Positions 1 through 8,334 of a stretch of 44,244 bases of DNA are shown one piece after another. The notes beneath the pieces are model-generated. The model was not told where the DNA came from and made no database searches. It saw only the letters and a list, made by a program, of their open reading frames with translations. The stretch's first letter is position 1. Each line of letters begins with the position of its first letter. Made by a program: the position numbers and the translations under genes. The stretch spans positions 1 through 44,244 of the forward strand of contig JBFMCE010000019.1 in assembly GCA_040754655.1 (NCBI GenBank), written 5' to 3'. The DNA comes from Bdellovibrionota bacterium (GTDB taxonomy: Bacteria; Bdellovibrionota; UBA1018; UBA923).

Positions 1-70
1 ACTATTGGGATTTTAATGATTCCGGAGGTTTAGCTTATCGTCCGGGTGGGCCTCACACGGCCTCACAGTC

Positions 71-101
71 TTGACAAGTGTTATCAAATTAGAGTACACT
101 T
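71..101 (+). promoter_or_regulatory. sigma-70 promoter overlapped by an imperfect palindromic operator (TA autoregulation)
   Basis: TTGACA (71-76), 18-nt spacer, TACACT (95-100). Inverted repeat AAGTGT...ACACTT (76-101) spans it. Confidence 0.65.
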
Positions 102-105
102 AATT

Positions 106-318
106 ATAGGTCGTTGGAAACGATTTGGCGTCATCATTGTTCAATACCTCTATGACCACGATCCTCGTCACGTTCACGTCTTCGAAGATGGGAGGCGGCT
201 CCTGAAATTCAACATCGATGACTGGGAAGTGATGGAAGGCAAGCTGAGCTCAAAAGCCAAGAAGGCGCTTGAGGCGTTGCGAAAGGAAGGAGTGTTTCAT
301 GCGAAACCCAAAGTTTAA
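106..318 (+). CDS. DUF4160-like (HicA-like) small toxin; expected start reads ATA
   Basis: GRWKRFGVIIVQYLYDHDPRHVHV carries the DH-x-P-x-HVHV motif. The ORF-track start at 46 lies upstream of the promoter, so the likely start is ATA-GGT-CGT at 106. Overlaps the next gene. Confidence 0.6.
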   Translation: MGRWKRFGVIIVQYLYDHDPRHVHVFEDGRRLLKFNIDDWEVMEGKLSSKAKKALEALRKEGVFHAKPKV

Positions 319-787
319 AGCGATCAAGCCGAACTACAAAAAGAACGTTCTTGAGATCGTGCTTCGAGAGGGTGGGAAGACCTCGAAGTATAGCCTTCCG
401 TTCGGAGTATTTCGCGATCATAGGATCAGCATCGCCAATAAATTCAGCGAGATTAACATTGATTCGGAACTGCGAGGCCACGGGGCTTCTTTCATTTTGG
501 AAGACGGGTCGCGTGGCGATTTTCCTGCCGATCTTGTTCTGTATTATTGCGATCCTGCTTACGATTGGTCTCCCGTGAATCAGCTAAAAAAATCTCTCAA
601 GGACAAACTCAAGGCATCCAAGTTATCGATTCGCGTTATCGCTGATGCGTTGAATACCTCTCCAGCACAGGTCATGCGACTATTGGAAGAGAACAACGTT
701 TCAAAGCAGTTGATGCAACTCTTTCAGCTTGCCGAGTTGGCTGGTTATCACATCGAGTTTCAGCTCAAGAAGAAGACGGCAGCATGA
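299..787 (+). CDS. putative antitoxin with C-terminal XRE-type HTH
   Basis: ATG at 299 overlaps the toxin end. C-terminal LSIRVIADALNTSPAQVMRLL is a helix-turn-helix, and the protein ends KKKTAA. Confidence 0.65.
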   Translation: MRNPKFKAIKPNYKKNVLEIVLREGGKTSKYSLPFGVFRDHRISIANKFSEINIDSELRGHGASFILEDGSRGDFPADLVLYYCDPAYDWSPVNQLKKSLKDKLKASKLSIRVIADALNTSPAQVMRLLEENNVSKQLMQLFQLAELAGYHIEFQLKKKTAA

Positions 788-795
788 ATGCATTT

Positions 796-1120
796 CTAGC
801 CCCATGGCGCAGCACTTTGTGAGTCATAGAAACTGATTTCCAGTCCATGTTGACCTTCCCGATAGCCGGACGTACCGCGGCGGCGGTCAAGCAAGTACTC
901 CAAATTTCTGATGAGCGAGGCGTTTCTTTGATCTCGCGGACGCCCTATTACACCTACGAATATATTGCGGACCTTTACAGCACCAGCGATTGCGTCGACA
1001 AGATGTCGGTCTGAGTCGCCGAAAGACCAACCGAACGTGACAAGTGGCACCTGAATGCGACCAAGCTTTCCGAAACAGTATGCAAGATAGCTGCTATTGA
1101 GGATCTGACTTCGCTTGCCT
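796..1120 (-). pseudogene. C-terminal fragment of a DUF4917 (SIR2-like) protein
   Basis: SQILNSSYLAYCFGKL...LVTFGWSFGDSDRHLVDAI...FYDSQSAAPWG resembles DUF4917 C-termini. Sequence upstream of about 1120 is the antisense of a different gene. Confidence 0.55.
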
Positions 1121-1314
1121 CCACCAGAAACACCGGAAAAGAGTGGGCTCCAAAAGATGTGAAGCAACTCAAGGATTTGGCAAAACAAAATACACCCACC
1201 AGAGTTATTGGTTTGAAGCTCGGGCGAACCGAGGGCGCTGTACGCAATCGTGCTTCTCAAGAAGATATTTCTTTGAAGCCTACAAATCAAAGCCCATACA
1301 ACAGAAAGAAGTGA
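1117..1314 (+). pseudogene. small conserved hypothetical protein lacking its start codon (not in ORF track)
   Basis: Frame reads ASTRNTGKEWAPKDVKQLKDLAKQNTPTRVIGLKLGRTEGAVRNRASQEDISLKPTNQSPYNRKK*. This is an HTH/Myb-like small protein pattern with no adjacent in-frame ATG/GTG/TTG. Confidence 0.6.
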
Positions 1315-1318
1315 TCGT

Positions 1319-1963
1319 TTGTCTTCCCAACAATCTGAAAGTGAAATCTTAGATAAAGAAGCTCTTAAACAGGAACTTGAAGATGCACTCAAAGGTGGAC
1401 AAGGCCCCAAGGCTGTGCGGTTTACGTTAGCTGCTTTAGGGGGCTTGATTCCTTATGTTGGAAGTGCAATTGGAACCGCTACAAGCGCGTGGTCGGAACA
1501 AGAAAGTGACCGCTTTCAAAAAATCTTAAGAACGTGGTTAAAAATCCAAGAAGATGAAATCAAAGAAATTGGAAAAACACTCATTGAAGTTATGAGCCGC
1601 ATTGACCAAGCAAATGAAAAAGTTCAACAAAGGATCGAGAGTCAGGAATATCTTTCACTAATCAAGAAGTGTTTTAGAGATTGGTCAGCAGCAGAGAGCG
1701 AAGAGAAAAGAATTATTGTTAGAAACTTGCTTGCAAATGCAGCGGTTCCTGGCGTGACGTCTGATGACGTTATCAGATTATTTATAGAATGGATTGACCG
1801 CTATAGTGAGCTGCATTTCAAAGTAGTTCGAGCTATCTATAACCATAGCGGTATTACTCGTGGTGATGTGTGGAATCAAATACATGGACAAAGTTTAGGA
1901 TCATCGCTTGATAGCGTTTTGCAGCGAAATGATACATTCTCTGTCGCAAAGCATTGCCAATAG
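1319..1963 (+). pseudogene. conserved hypothetical protein, probably 3'-truncated near 1890
   Basis: Coherent protein up to ...GDVWNQIHG. The remaining tail is the antisense of the convergent lipoprotein gene (88-bp overlap). Confidence 0.55.
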
Positions 1964-2172
1964 GTATAGCCGGAACCTGTTTTGGTAAACGGCGTTGGTG
2001 TTGCTCTAAGGGAGTTCATCTCTAAATCGTCCTCATGCAAAATCCCATAATCTTCTGTTAGGAGTCCGTAAGGGTATTTCTGCTTAAAAGTATTCATTGT
2101 TGAACAAGCGGCCATGATCAGCAGCGCCAAAATGAGTAGCAAAATGAATAGGAAGACATGCTTTCTGCTCAT
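1876..2172 (-). pseudogene. lipoprotein, probably 3'-truncated near 1890
   Basis: Signal peptide with lipobox MAAC and YPYGLLTEDYGIL / YWQCF motifs. ATGA overlap with the upstream transglycosylase. The end runs into the antisense of 1319..1963. Confidence 0.55.
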
Positions 2173-2888
2173 TTTTTCTTTAAAGCTCCGTACTTTTCCT
2201 TGAAAACTTTCATTCCCTTTGGATTCGGATCCTTTCCGGAAATCATGTCTCGCAAGTACGCTTTATACTCGGCAACCCCTTCTTCCCAGGTCGCGGTACG
2301 TTTCAAGCGAGCTGATGCCAGCGATCGTTTGCGGAAAAGCCATCTGATTCCGGCGCAAATATTTGCGTTCGGATTCAGGGTTTCTTCCTGACTGATATTA
2401 ACAAGGTGGTTCTTGAGCTCACCTTTTTCATCTGCAAGAATTTTAACGGCTTGATCGGTCAATTGCATCGATCCTCTGGCCTTTCCAGCTCTTCCGGCAG
2501 ACTGAGGTTTTGGCTCAGGATTGAATCCGGATTCCGAAGCGATCAGAGCTTTAACAAGATCAGGATCCAGTGGATCGGTGGGCTTAAAAACATCGTTCCA
2601 ATATTGTGTTCAACCTCGAATCAAAACATCAAAGTCATTCCCTTTTGGATAGTCGAGGTCATCCGCTTTTGGCGAACCTTTGAGTCTTGAAAACTGATCC
2701 GTCGCGATTTGTCCTATTTCATCGAGATAGATCTGATCTTTTCGCGACGGGTTCGTTTTACAATGACCCTCAACTTCCGTAAGTCCTGTTGGATTCTTCG
2801 GGCTCGGCTGAACATGTCGAGGATGCGTTCGAACCCAGTATTGTCCGGCAGGGCACAGGCGCCAAGGATGTGTTTTCTCCTTCGTCAT
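2169..2888 (-). pseudogene. SLT-family lytic transglycosylase interrupted by an in-frame TGA (2610-2612)
   Basis: ORFs 2610..2978 and 2169..2468 share a frame. Read-through gives IRG*TQYWNDVF...LVKALIASESGFNP...RGSMQL...NPNANICAGIRWL, the SLT ES, G-x-MQ and NI-x-x-G motifs. Confidence 0.8.
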
Positions 2889-3652
2889 ACTAAATTCCTT
2901 AGCCAGGCGTTTACATCTGAAAAAACCTGATCGAGCGAGCTTGGCAAGTCTTTGTATCTTTTGGCGTGATTGATCCAAGAACGTTTCATCGGGTCACTCA
3001 TCCATTTGAGTTCGAGCTCGGCTGATAGGCCACGCTTCTTCAACAGCTTTTTTAATGTGGATGGGACGATTTCAGGAGAGGTCTTGGCGAGGCGCCAGAG
3101 ATCATCGAAATCTTTGAGTCGTGTGTTGCCGCTGCCAAAACGACTCACAGCCGCTAGTTTATCGGCGATGATGTTCTCATAGGTTGCTGCTTTGATCTTG
3201 TGACCGTCTGTTATAGGTGACGCTATCTCAACGAAGTGGTCTGAAGCTTTAAATACGATGTCGATCGCAAATGTGTTTGTTGCACCTTGATCCGTTGTAT
3301 AGGCGATTGTGACTGATGCACCTTGTTTTTCTACAGTTTCGATAGCGTCGAATGACTTAATAGAATAGGCGATTCCAGTCACCTTATCGCATGCTTTCTC
3401 AAGCGCTTTTCGAACGGTACTTTGGGTTCCAAGGGTCAATGTAGATAAATCGAGGTCGACCGTGGCACGCGGCGTATTGATGTAAAACCAAAGAAGATTG
3501 CCACCTTTCAGTACGAAATCATCCGACGCTTCATTCAGCCCCTCCAGAAAAGAGAACATGACGTAGCGGAGAAACGCATGTGAACCAAAGAGGTTGTGAC
3601 GAACAGCCCATGCTCGTGCGTTTGTCATGAAGGTTTTGCTTTTTTCAGGCAT
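2885..3652 (-). CDS. AbiEii/AbiGii-family nucleotidyltransferase toxin (type IV TA)
   Basis: FVLKGGNLL, PRATVDLDL, IIADKLAA and NTRLKDFDDL motifs. ATG at 3652 overlaps the antitoxin stop. Confidence 0.9.
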   Translation of the reverse strand: MPEKSKTFMTNARAWAVRHNLFGSHAFLRYVMFSFLEGLNEASDDFVLKGGNLLWFYINTPRATVDLDLSTLTLGTQSTVRKALEKACDKVTGIAYSIKSFDAIETVEKQGASVTIAYTTDQGATNTFAIDIVFKASDHFVEIASPITDGHKIKAATYENIIADKLAAVSRFGSGNTRLKDFDDLWRLAKTSPEIVPSTLKKLLKKRGLSAELELKWMSDPMKRSWINHAKRYKDLPSSLDQVFSDVNAWLRNLV

Positions 3653-4238
3653 CGGCAAGCTCCTGTTGCAGATGGAGCAGAGTCTGAGTTCCGAGAGCTT
3701 TATCATAGGTGTGGATGGCTTCAGGCTTAACAGGATACGTTTTAAGATAACGTTTAAGTGCCTTAAAAAAAACCGGTCCTGCAGGATCTAATTTATATGC
3801 TTCGCAAAGGGTGCGTTCGACGTCATAGATTTTAATTTTATCCCCTTGAAACTTCATGCTCGTTATCCCAGTCAATCGAGATTTTGTTACTCTGTGCACT
3901 CTCAGGAGGCGATTTCGAATCATTGAGCTTTTCTCGATATCCACATCGATCTGCGAGATAGCTTCGTCGGATAATTTGTGTAGCACCAATGCTGTAAAGC
4001 TGGAAATTACCGCTTTGGGATAGTGTCGAGCGGTGGCGACTACGGCAGCTATAAAAGGATCGATGCTTGGTGAAGCATAAAGACCGCTGCCAAGGGAAAC
4101 AAGCTCTCCTGCATCCGCCTTGCGTTTGATCGCGACGCGGCTACCTAATGCTTTTACGAGTTCTTGGCTGGTGACCACGCGTTTTGTTTGGAGAAGTTTC
4201 GTAAGCGATCGCGAGGCCGAAGGCTTCTGGTTTGACAT
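3645..4238 (-). CDS. AbiEi-family antitoxin / transcriptional regulator (type IV TA)
   Basis: N-terminal wHTH ending GELVSLGSGLY, then AVISSFTALVLHKL and IYDVERTLCE. Directly upstream of AbiEii. Confidence 0.85.
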   Translation of the reverse strand: MSNQKPSASRSLTKLLQTKRVVTSQELVKALGSRVAIKRKADAGELVSLGSGLYASPSIDPFIAAVVATARHYPKAVISSFTALVLHKLSDEAISQIDVDIEKSSMIRNRLLRVHRVTKSRLTGITSMKFQGDKIKIYDVERTLCEAYKLDPAGPVFFKALKRYLKTYPVKPEAIHTYDKALGTQTLLHLQQELADA

Positions 4239-4284
4239 GTAACTATTATGACATAAATCAGATGATAGTGTTAATAAAGTTACA
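4238..4284 (-). promoter_or_regulatory. abiE promoter/operator, probably leaderless
   Basis: Inverted repeat TGTAACT...AGTTACA (4238-4284). The minus strand reads TTAACA-18 nt-CATAAT (TG-extended), 6 nt before the ATG, with no SD. Confidence 0.55.
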
Positions 4285-4461
4285 ATCTAGTAATAGAAGT
4301 TCGAGGTACTTCGGATGTCCTATGAATTCTTCTATCGAACCGAGAATAAGTGTTTGGGATTGTATGGAAAACAACCAGTCCTAACAACTGAATAACCCGA
4401 CTGCCAGCATACCGAACTTTTGAACTTCGGAGCCACGGCACAACCCCTGAATTTGACTCAG

Positions 4462-4498
4462 AAAAATAAAAAACCCGTGATTCCAAGAACCACGGGTT
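4462..4498 (-). terminator. intrinsic terminator downstream of tRNA-His
   Basis: Minus strand AACCCGTG-gttcttggaat-CACGGGTT followed by a T-rich run. Confidence 0.75.
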
Positions 4499-4512
4499 CA
4501 CTTAACAATATT

Positions 4513-4590
4513 TGGGGTGACCGAGGGGTCTCGAACCCCCGACCTTCGGGACCACAACCCGACGCTCTAACCAACTGAGCTACGGCCACC
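4513..4590 (-). tRNA. tRNA-His (GTG)
   Basis: GGTGGCCGTAGCTCAGTTGGTTAGAGCGTCGGGTTGTGGTCCCGAAGGTCGGGGGTTCGAGACCCCTCGGTCACCCCA: cloverleaf, GTG anticodon, G-1, encoded CCA. Confidence 0.97.
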
Positions 4591-4720
4591 ACGCGACAAA
4601 CTTTTCAAAGAGGCGAGAACCTCCTTATATGCGCTCTTGTGCAAGGAATCAAGATCCGATCAAAAATCCGAGAAAAGGGCGCTTGCCCTAATCTGCCTTC
4701 CACATGTATTTTTAACGTAT

Positions 4721-5389
4721 ATGATGAAACTTTTGACTGCATTTCTACTGATGAATGTGGTGGCCATAAACCTAACCGCCCCAAGAAAAGCTCTAGCCAG
4801 CGGGGTCTTTGACCTGCCTGCGTTTCTCGAAGCAGGAAAATGGTCGGCGGGGCTTGAACCTGAAATTGTTTTGAGCAACGGAACGGGCGCAGGCTTCAAC
4901 TTCAAACCGCGTTATGGGGCAACCGACTTCCTCAACTGGCAAGGCGTGATCGGTACGGGCACCGGAGCCAGGCAGTTTCGAGTGGGGGGGATCGCAGATT
5001 TTGAATGGTTTCCTGACTATGCGAGCCAACCTGGAATCGCAACCCCGCTCTTCATGGAGTACTACCGCCTTGAAACCGACGGCCTGCTGAGTTTCGGCGC
5101 AAAACCCTTGCTCTATAAATCATTCAACGGTCAGGGAGCGGTTTACACCCCGTTCGTTGCTCTTCCCGTGGGGTGGAATTACAAGAATTCGAAAATCAAC
5201 GGCTTCATGCAGGTTGCCCTGGGAAGCATGTTCAAGGTATCTAATTTGCAGAATTGGAAGTTCACGGCGGAAGCAGGGTTTGACGTTAAAAACGCGTATT
5301 CGTACATCTCGGGTGGGGTAACCTATTTCTATTCCGGAGTTGGGCGGCCTAGCAAAGATAAACCAGCAGAAGAGATTTCGAGCCGCTAG
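4721..5389 (+). CDS. exported protein, probable outer-membrane beta-barrel
   Basis: Signal peptide from ATG 4721 and alternating Gly/aromatic beta-strands ending SGGVTYFY. Confidence 0.6.
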   Translation: MMKLLTAFLLMNVVAINLTAPRKALASGVFDLPAFLEAGKWSAGLEPEIVLSNGTGAGFNFKPRYGATDFLNWQGVIGTGTGARQFRVGGIADFEWFPDYASQPGIATPLFMEYYRLETDGLLSFGAKPLLYKSFNGQGAVYTPFVALPVGWNYKNSKINGFMQVALGSMFKVSNLQNWKFTAEAGFDVKNAYSYISGGVTYFYSGVGRPSKDKPAEEISSR

Positions 5390-6293
5390 TTTAGCGCTCG
5401 CGGCGACCACCGTTCTTACGATTGCCAAGCTGGTTGTCGCGGTCGCAACGGGAAGCGTCGGAGTTCTCTCAGAGGCGATCCATTCCGGATTAGACCTTCT
5501 TTCTTCATTGGTGACTTTCTTTGTCGTGAGAGCTTCGGTGAGGCCTGCGGATTGGGACCACCCTTTTGGCCACGGCAAGATTGAAAGTCTCTCTGCACTT
5601 TTCGAGGCGTTTTTGCTGCTTGTCGCGGGGGGCTACATTCTCTTTGAGGGCATCTCAAAGTGGACAAGGCCAGGCCACCACGTTGATCACATCGGCTGGG
5701 GTTTGGCGGTGACAGGCGCTTCGGTTCTGATCAATCTGTATGTTTATTTTCAGAACCGAAACGTAGCCCGCGAGCAAGAGAGCATCGCGATTGAAACCAA
5801 TGCCTTTCATTTTCTTACCGACGTGTTTTCAAGCCTGGCGGTATTTTTAAGCCTGGGGGCGCTTCATTTCACTCAATGGATTTTTCTTGATCCTTTGGTT
5901 GCGATCTTGATCGCGGGTTATATTCTGTGGGTTGGCATTGAGCAGATCAAGAAATGCGTGGCAGAGCTTTCTGACACAGTTTTACCGGGCGAAGAGGTTG
6001 AGACTGTGCGTCAAGTCTTGCGCGGGCATGAAAAAGAGTTCTTGAACTATCATGACCTTCGCACGCGTAAAGCGGGAGCCGTGCGTTTCGTGGATTTGCA
6101 CCTTACGGTTTGTTCAGAGCAGACTGTGCATGAAGCTCACGAGGTTTGCGACCGCATCGAAGACGATCTGACGAAGAGCTTTAAAGAAGCGCATGTCAAT
6201 ATTCACATTGAACCTTGCGGCAACCACGGACCAAATTGCTTGGACCACTGTCGGTTCTATGGCGTGCCGCGAAAACAGGGTCAAAATGGGTAA
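5340..6293 (+). CDS. cation diffusion facilitator family transporter (FieF-like)
   Basis: SEAIHSGLD, HPFGHGKIE, HFLTD, DLRTRKAG and IHIEP motifs, with about six TM helices. Confidence 0.92.
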   Translation: MGGLAKINQQKRFRAASLALAATTVLTIAKLVVAVATGSVGVLSEAIHSGLDLLSSLVTFFVVRASVRPADWDHPFGHGKIESLSALFEAFLLLVAGGYILFEGISKWTRPGHHVDHIGWGLAVTGASVLINLYVYFQNRNVAREQESIAIETNAFHFLTDVFSSLAVFLSLGALHFTQWIFLDPLVAILIAGYILWVGIEQIKKCVAELSDTVLPGEEVETVRQVLRGHEKEFLNYHDLRTRKAGAVRFVDLHLTVCSEQTVHEAHEVCDRIEDDLTKSFKEAHVNIHIEPCGNHGPNCLDHCRFYGVPRKQGQNG

Positions 6294-7146
6294 TATTCCC
6301 GCCATTCATCAAGTGCGTTCGATCGACGAGATTTCGGTTCGTTCCTTGAGGGAAGTGAGGGCTGTTTTTTTTGACATCGACGATACGTTCTCAGGCGGAG
6401 AGGGGCAGGCCCGCATCCTTGCTGAGGCCTATGATGCGCTCTGGAAGCTTTATCACGCGGGTGTGATCGTGGTGCCGGTCACGGGTAGGCCCGCGGGTTG
6501 GTGCGACATGATCGCCAGGATGTGGCCGGTGAGCGCGGTCGTTGGTGAGAACGGCGCCTTTTATTGTTACCTCGACTCGAGTTCGAAACCGCATCGGTTC
6601 GTCAAAAAATACCTCGAGTCTGCCGCAGTGCGCGCCGCGAATGCGCGTAAACTGAAAGCATTGTTTCAAACGGTGAAAAAGAAGTTTCCAACCGCGCGAG
6701 TCGCCAGCGACCAACATTTCAGGGAGTTCGACTTCGCGATCGATTACTGCGAAGATGTGCCGCGGTGGCCCGAAAAGCGCGTTGAGGACCTTATCGAGTT
6801 TTGCGCAAGTCGTGGCGCGATGGCGAAGCTTTCCAGCATTCACGTCAATGTTTGGTATGGACGTTATGACAAATGGACCTGTGTGCAACGCGTCTTGAAA
6901 CAATATTTTAGGATAGATCCGCATGAACAAATTCAGAATGTCGTGTACATTGGAGATAGCCCTAATGACGAACCATTCTTTTCGAGGATGCCGTTTACGG
7001 TTGGGGTGGCGAACATAAGAGGGTTTTTACATAAAATGAAAAGTGCGCCGGCGTTTATCACTCACGAATCTTCAGGGTTGGGGTTCGCTGAGTTCGCAAG
7101 GCTGCTACTTGAAACGAGAAGAGTACCAAGGAAGGGTATTGACTGA
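6286..7146 (+). CDS. HAD-superfamily (IIB) hydrolase
   Basis: FFDIDDT, VTGRPAGW, GENGA and YIGDSPNDEP motifs. Confidence 0.88.
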   Translation: MGNIPAIHQVRSIDEISVRSLREVRAVFFDIDDTFSGGEGQARILAEAYDALWKLYHAGVIVVPVTGRPAGWCDMIARMWPVSAVVGENGAFYCYLDSSSKPHRFVKKYLESAAVRAANARKLKALFQTVKKKFPTARVASDQHFREFDFAIDYCEDVPRWPEKRVEDLIEFCASRGAMAKLSSIHVNVWYGRYDKWTCVQRVLKQYFRIDPHEQIQNVVYIGDSPNDEPFFSRMPFTVGVANIRGFLHKMKSAPAFITHESSGLGFAEFARLLLETRRVPRKGID

Positions 7147-7638
7147 TGGACAATGTGATTGGAATCACCAAGCGTCGTGCTCATAGGCTAGTTGAACAAG
7201 GTTTGAAGCACTTCTCAAATGGAGATTTGCCGGAAGCGCTTCGTTGTTTCAAGACTTCGATTGAGTTGGAAGAGACCGCGGAAGCATACACCTACTGGGG
7301 ATGGATGCTTCAGTTTCACGGGTCAGCTTGATGAGGCCATTGAGCTTTGCAAGAAAGCCATTGAACTTGATCCTGATTTTGGCAATCCCTACAACGACAT
7401 CGGCACCTATTTCATGAAAAAGGGCGAGCTCGACAACGCAGTTCCTTGGCTAGAACAAGCCAAAGAAGCCAAACGATACGAACCCAAACATTTTCCTTAC
7501 TTGAACCTTGGCCGCATCTATCTGAGCCAGGGCATGTTTCTCAAAGCGCTCAAAGAGTTTGAAGTCGCGCTTCAGTATGATCCGCACAATGCTGAGTTGC
7601 AGGCCGTGATCGCGCGCATCCGGAAGAATTACAACTAA
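7146..7638 (+). pseudogene. TPR protein split by a +1 frameshift near 7309
   Basis: Removing one base in ATG-CTT-CAGT joins AEAYTYWGWML to SFTGQLDEAIELCKKAIELDPDFGNPYNDIG, giving continuous TPRs. Confidence 0.75.
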
Positions 7639-8334
7639 CTAGAGCTTCTGGAAGACGACGACGAAAACCTCTTTAGTGGGTTTGTCGCCTGCACGGTCGT
7701 GGTGCAGGTCACGCACCTGGTGCACGAACATGTCGTGGCGAAAGCCAAGGCTTTTGATTTCGTCAACGCAGGTTTGCAAGTACACCCTTCCCGGGTCAGT
7801 GAGAATGATGTGACTCTCGTCATGGCAGTGCGAGACAAGGGCTCTTGCGACGTTTTTAGGGTGACTTGATTCATACAAAATGTCGCTGCCGATCACGAAG
7901 TCATACTTTCCCAGCCCGCTATTCTCGGAAGTCCAGTCCATCGATTTGAAATCAATTGAAACCGAATTCAGCTGAAGATTCCTCTCAAGAAACCTCGGCA
8001 CATCAGGATGGAAGTCCGTGGCGGTCACTCGGGCCCCGAGTTTTGCCGCCGCGATCGAGGGTAATGCGAGTCCACAACCCACCTCAAGCACGCTCTTCCC
8101 GTTGAGCCAACCGTCCATCTGAGCAAGGTGATTGGTCAAGGCTCTCGCTGCAGGCCAAACGACCCCGAAGTACGGGCAGAGGTTTTCAGCGAACACCGAT
8201 TCTGCTTCGTGCTCGCCCACGCTCTCACAGAGGCGATCGATGGTTTGATCGAGATCGGCCACCGTTTCAAGAGAGATCTCTAAGAGGCCGAATTTCTCAG
8301 TTTGCCGTTTCGTTTCGTAGTCGAGTTTGATCAT
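7639..8334 (-). CDS. class I SAM-dependent methyltransferase (METTL21/Methyltransf_16-like)
   Basis: PYFGVVWPAA, VLEVGCGLAL, ATD and IGSDILYE motifs. Confidence 0.85.
   Translation of the reverse strand: MIKLDYETKRQTEKFGLLEISLETVADLDQTIDRLCESVGEHEAESVFAENLCPYFGVVWPAARALTNHLAQMDGWLNGKSVLEVGCGLALPSIAAAKLGARVTATDFHPDVPRFLERNLQLNSVSIDFKSMDWTSENSGLGKYDFVIGSDILYESSHPKNVARALVSHCHDESHIILTDPGRVYLQTCVDEIKSLGFRHDMFVHQVRDLHHDRAGDKPTKEVFVVVFQKL

Larger units (their letters stand above)
1..4500. mobile_element. decaying genomic island at the tRNA-His 3' end (left boundary outside window)
   Basis: Two TA modules, several pseudogenes and visibly higher AT content directly 3' of a tRNA. No integrase or att duplication is seen in the window. 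Confidence 0.55.

Noticed and set aside
51..67. CCTCACA direct repeat as an att site
   Set aside because: Only 7 bp and no match to the tRNA-His 3' end.
796..1410. 204-aa ORF as a complete gene
   Set aside because: Its first half is the antisense of the plus-strand genes. Only the part below about 1120 looks protein-like.
1100..1912. Invertible (shufflon-like) segment between the two junctions; both have TCGCTTG nearby
   Set aside because: The shared heptamer is in direct, not inverted, orientation. Inverting the segment does not restore any gene, and no recombinase is present in the window.
4280..4501. 73-aa ORF or integrase remnant next to the tRNA
   Set aside because: It runs through the tRNA terminator and shows no recombinase motifs.
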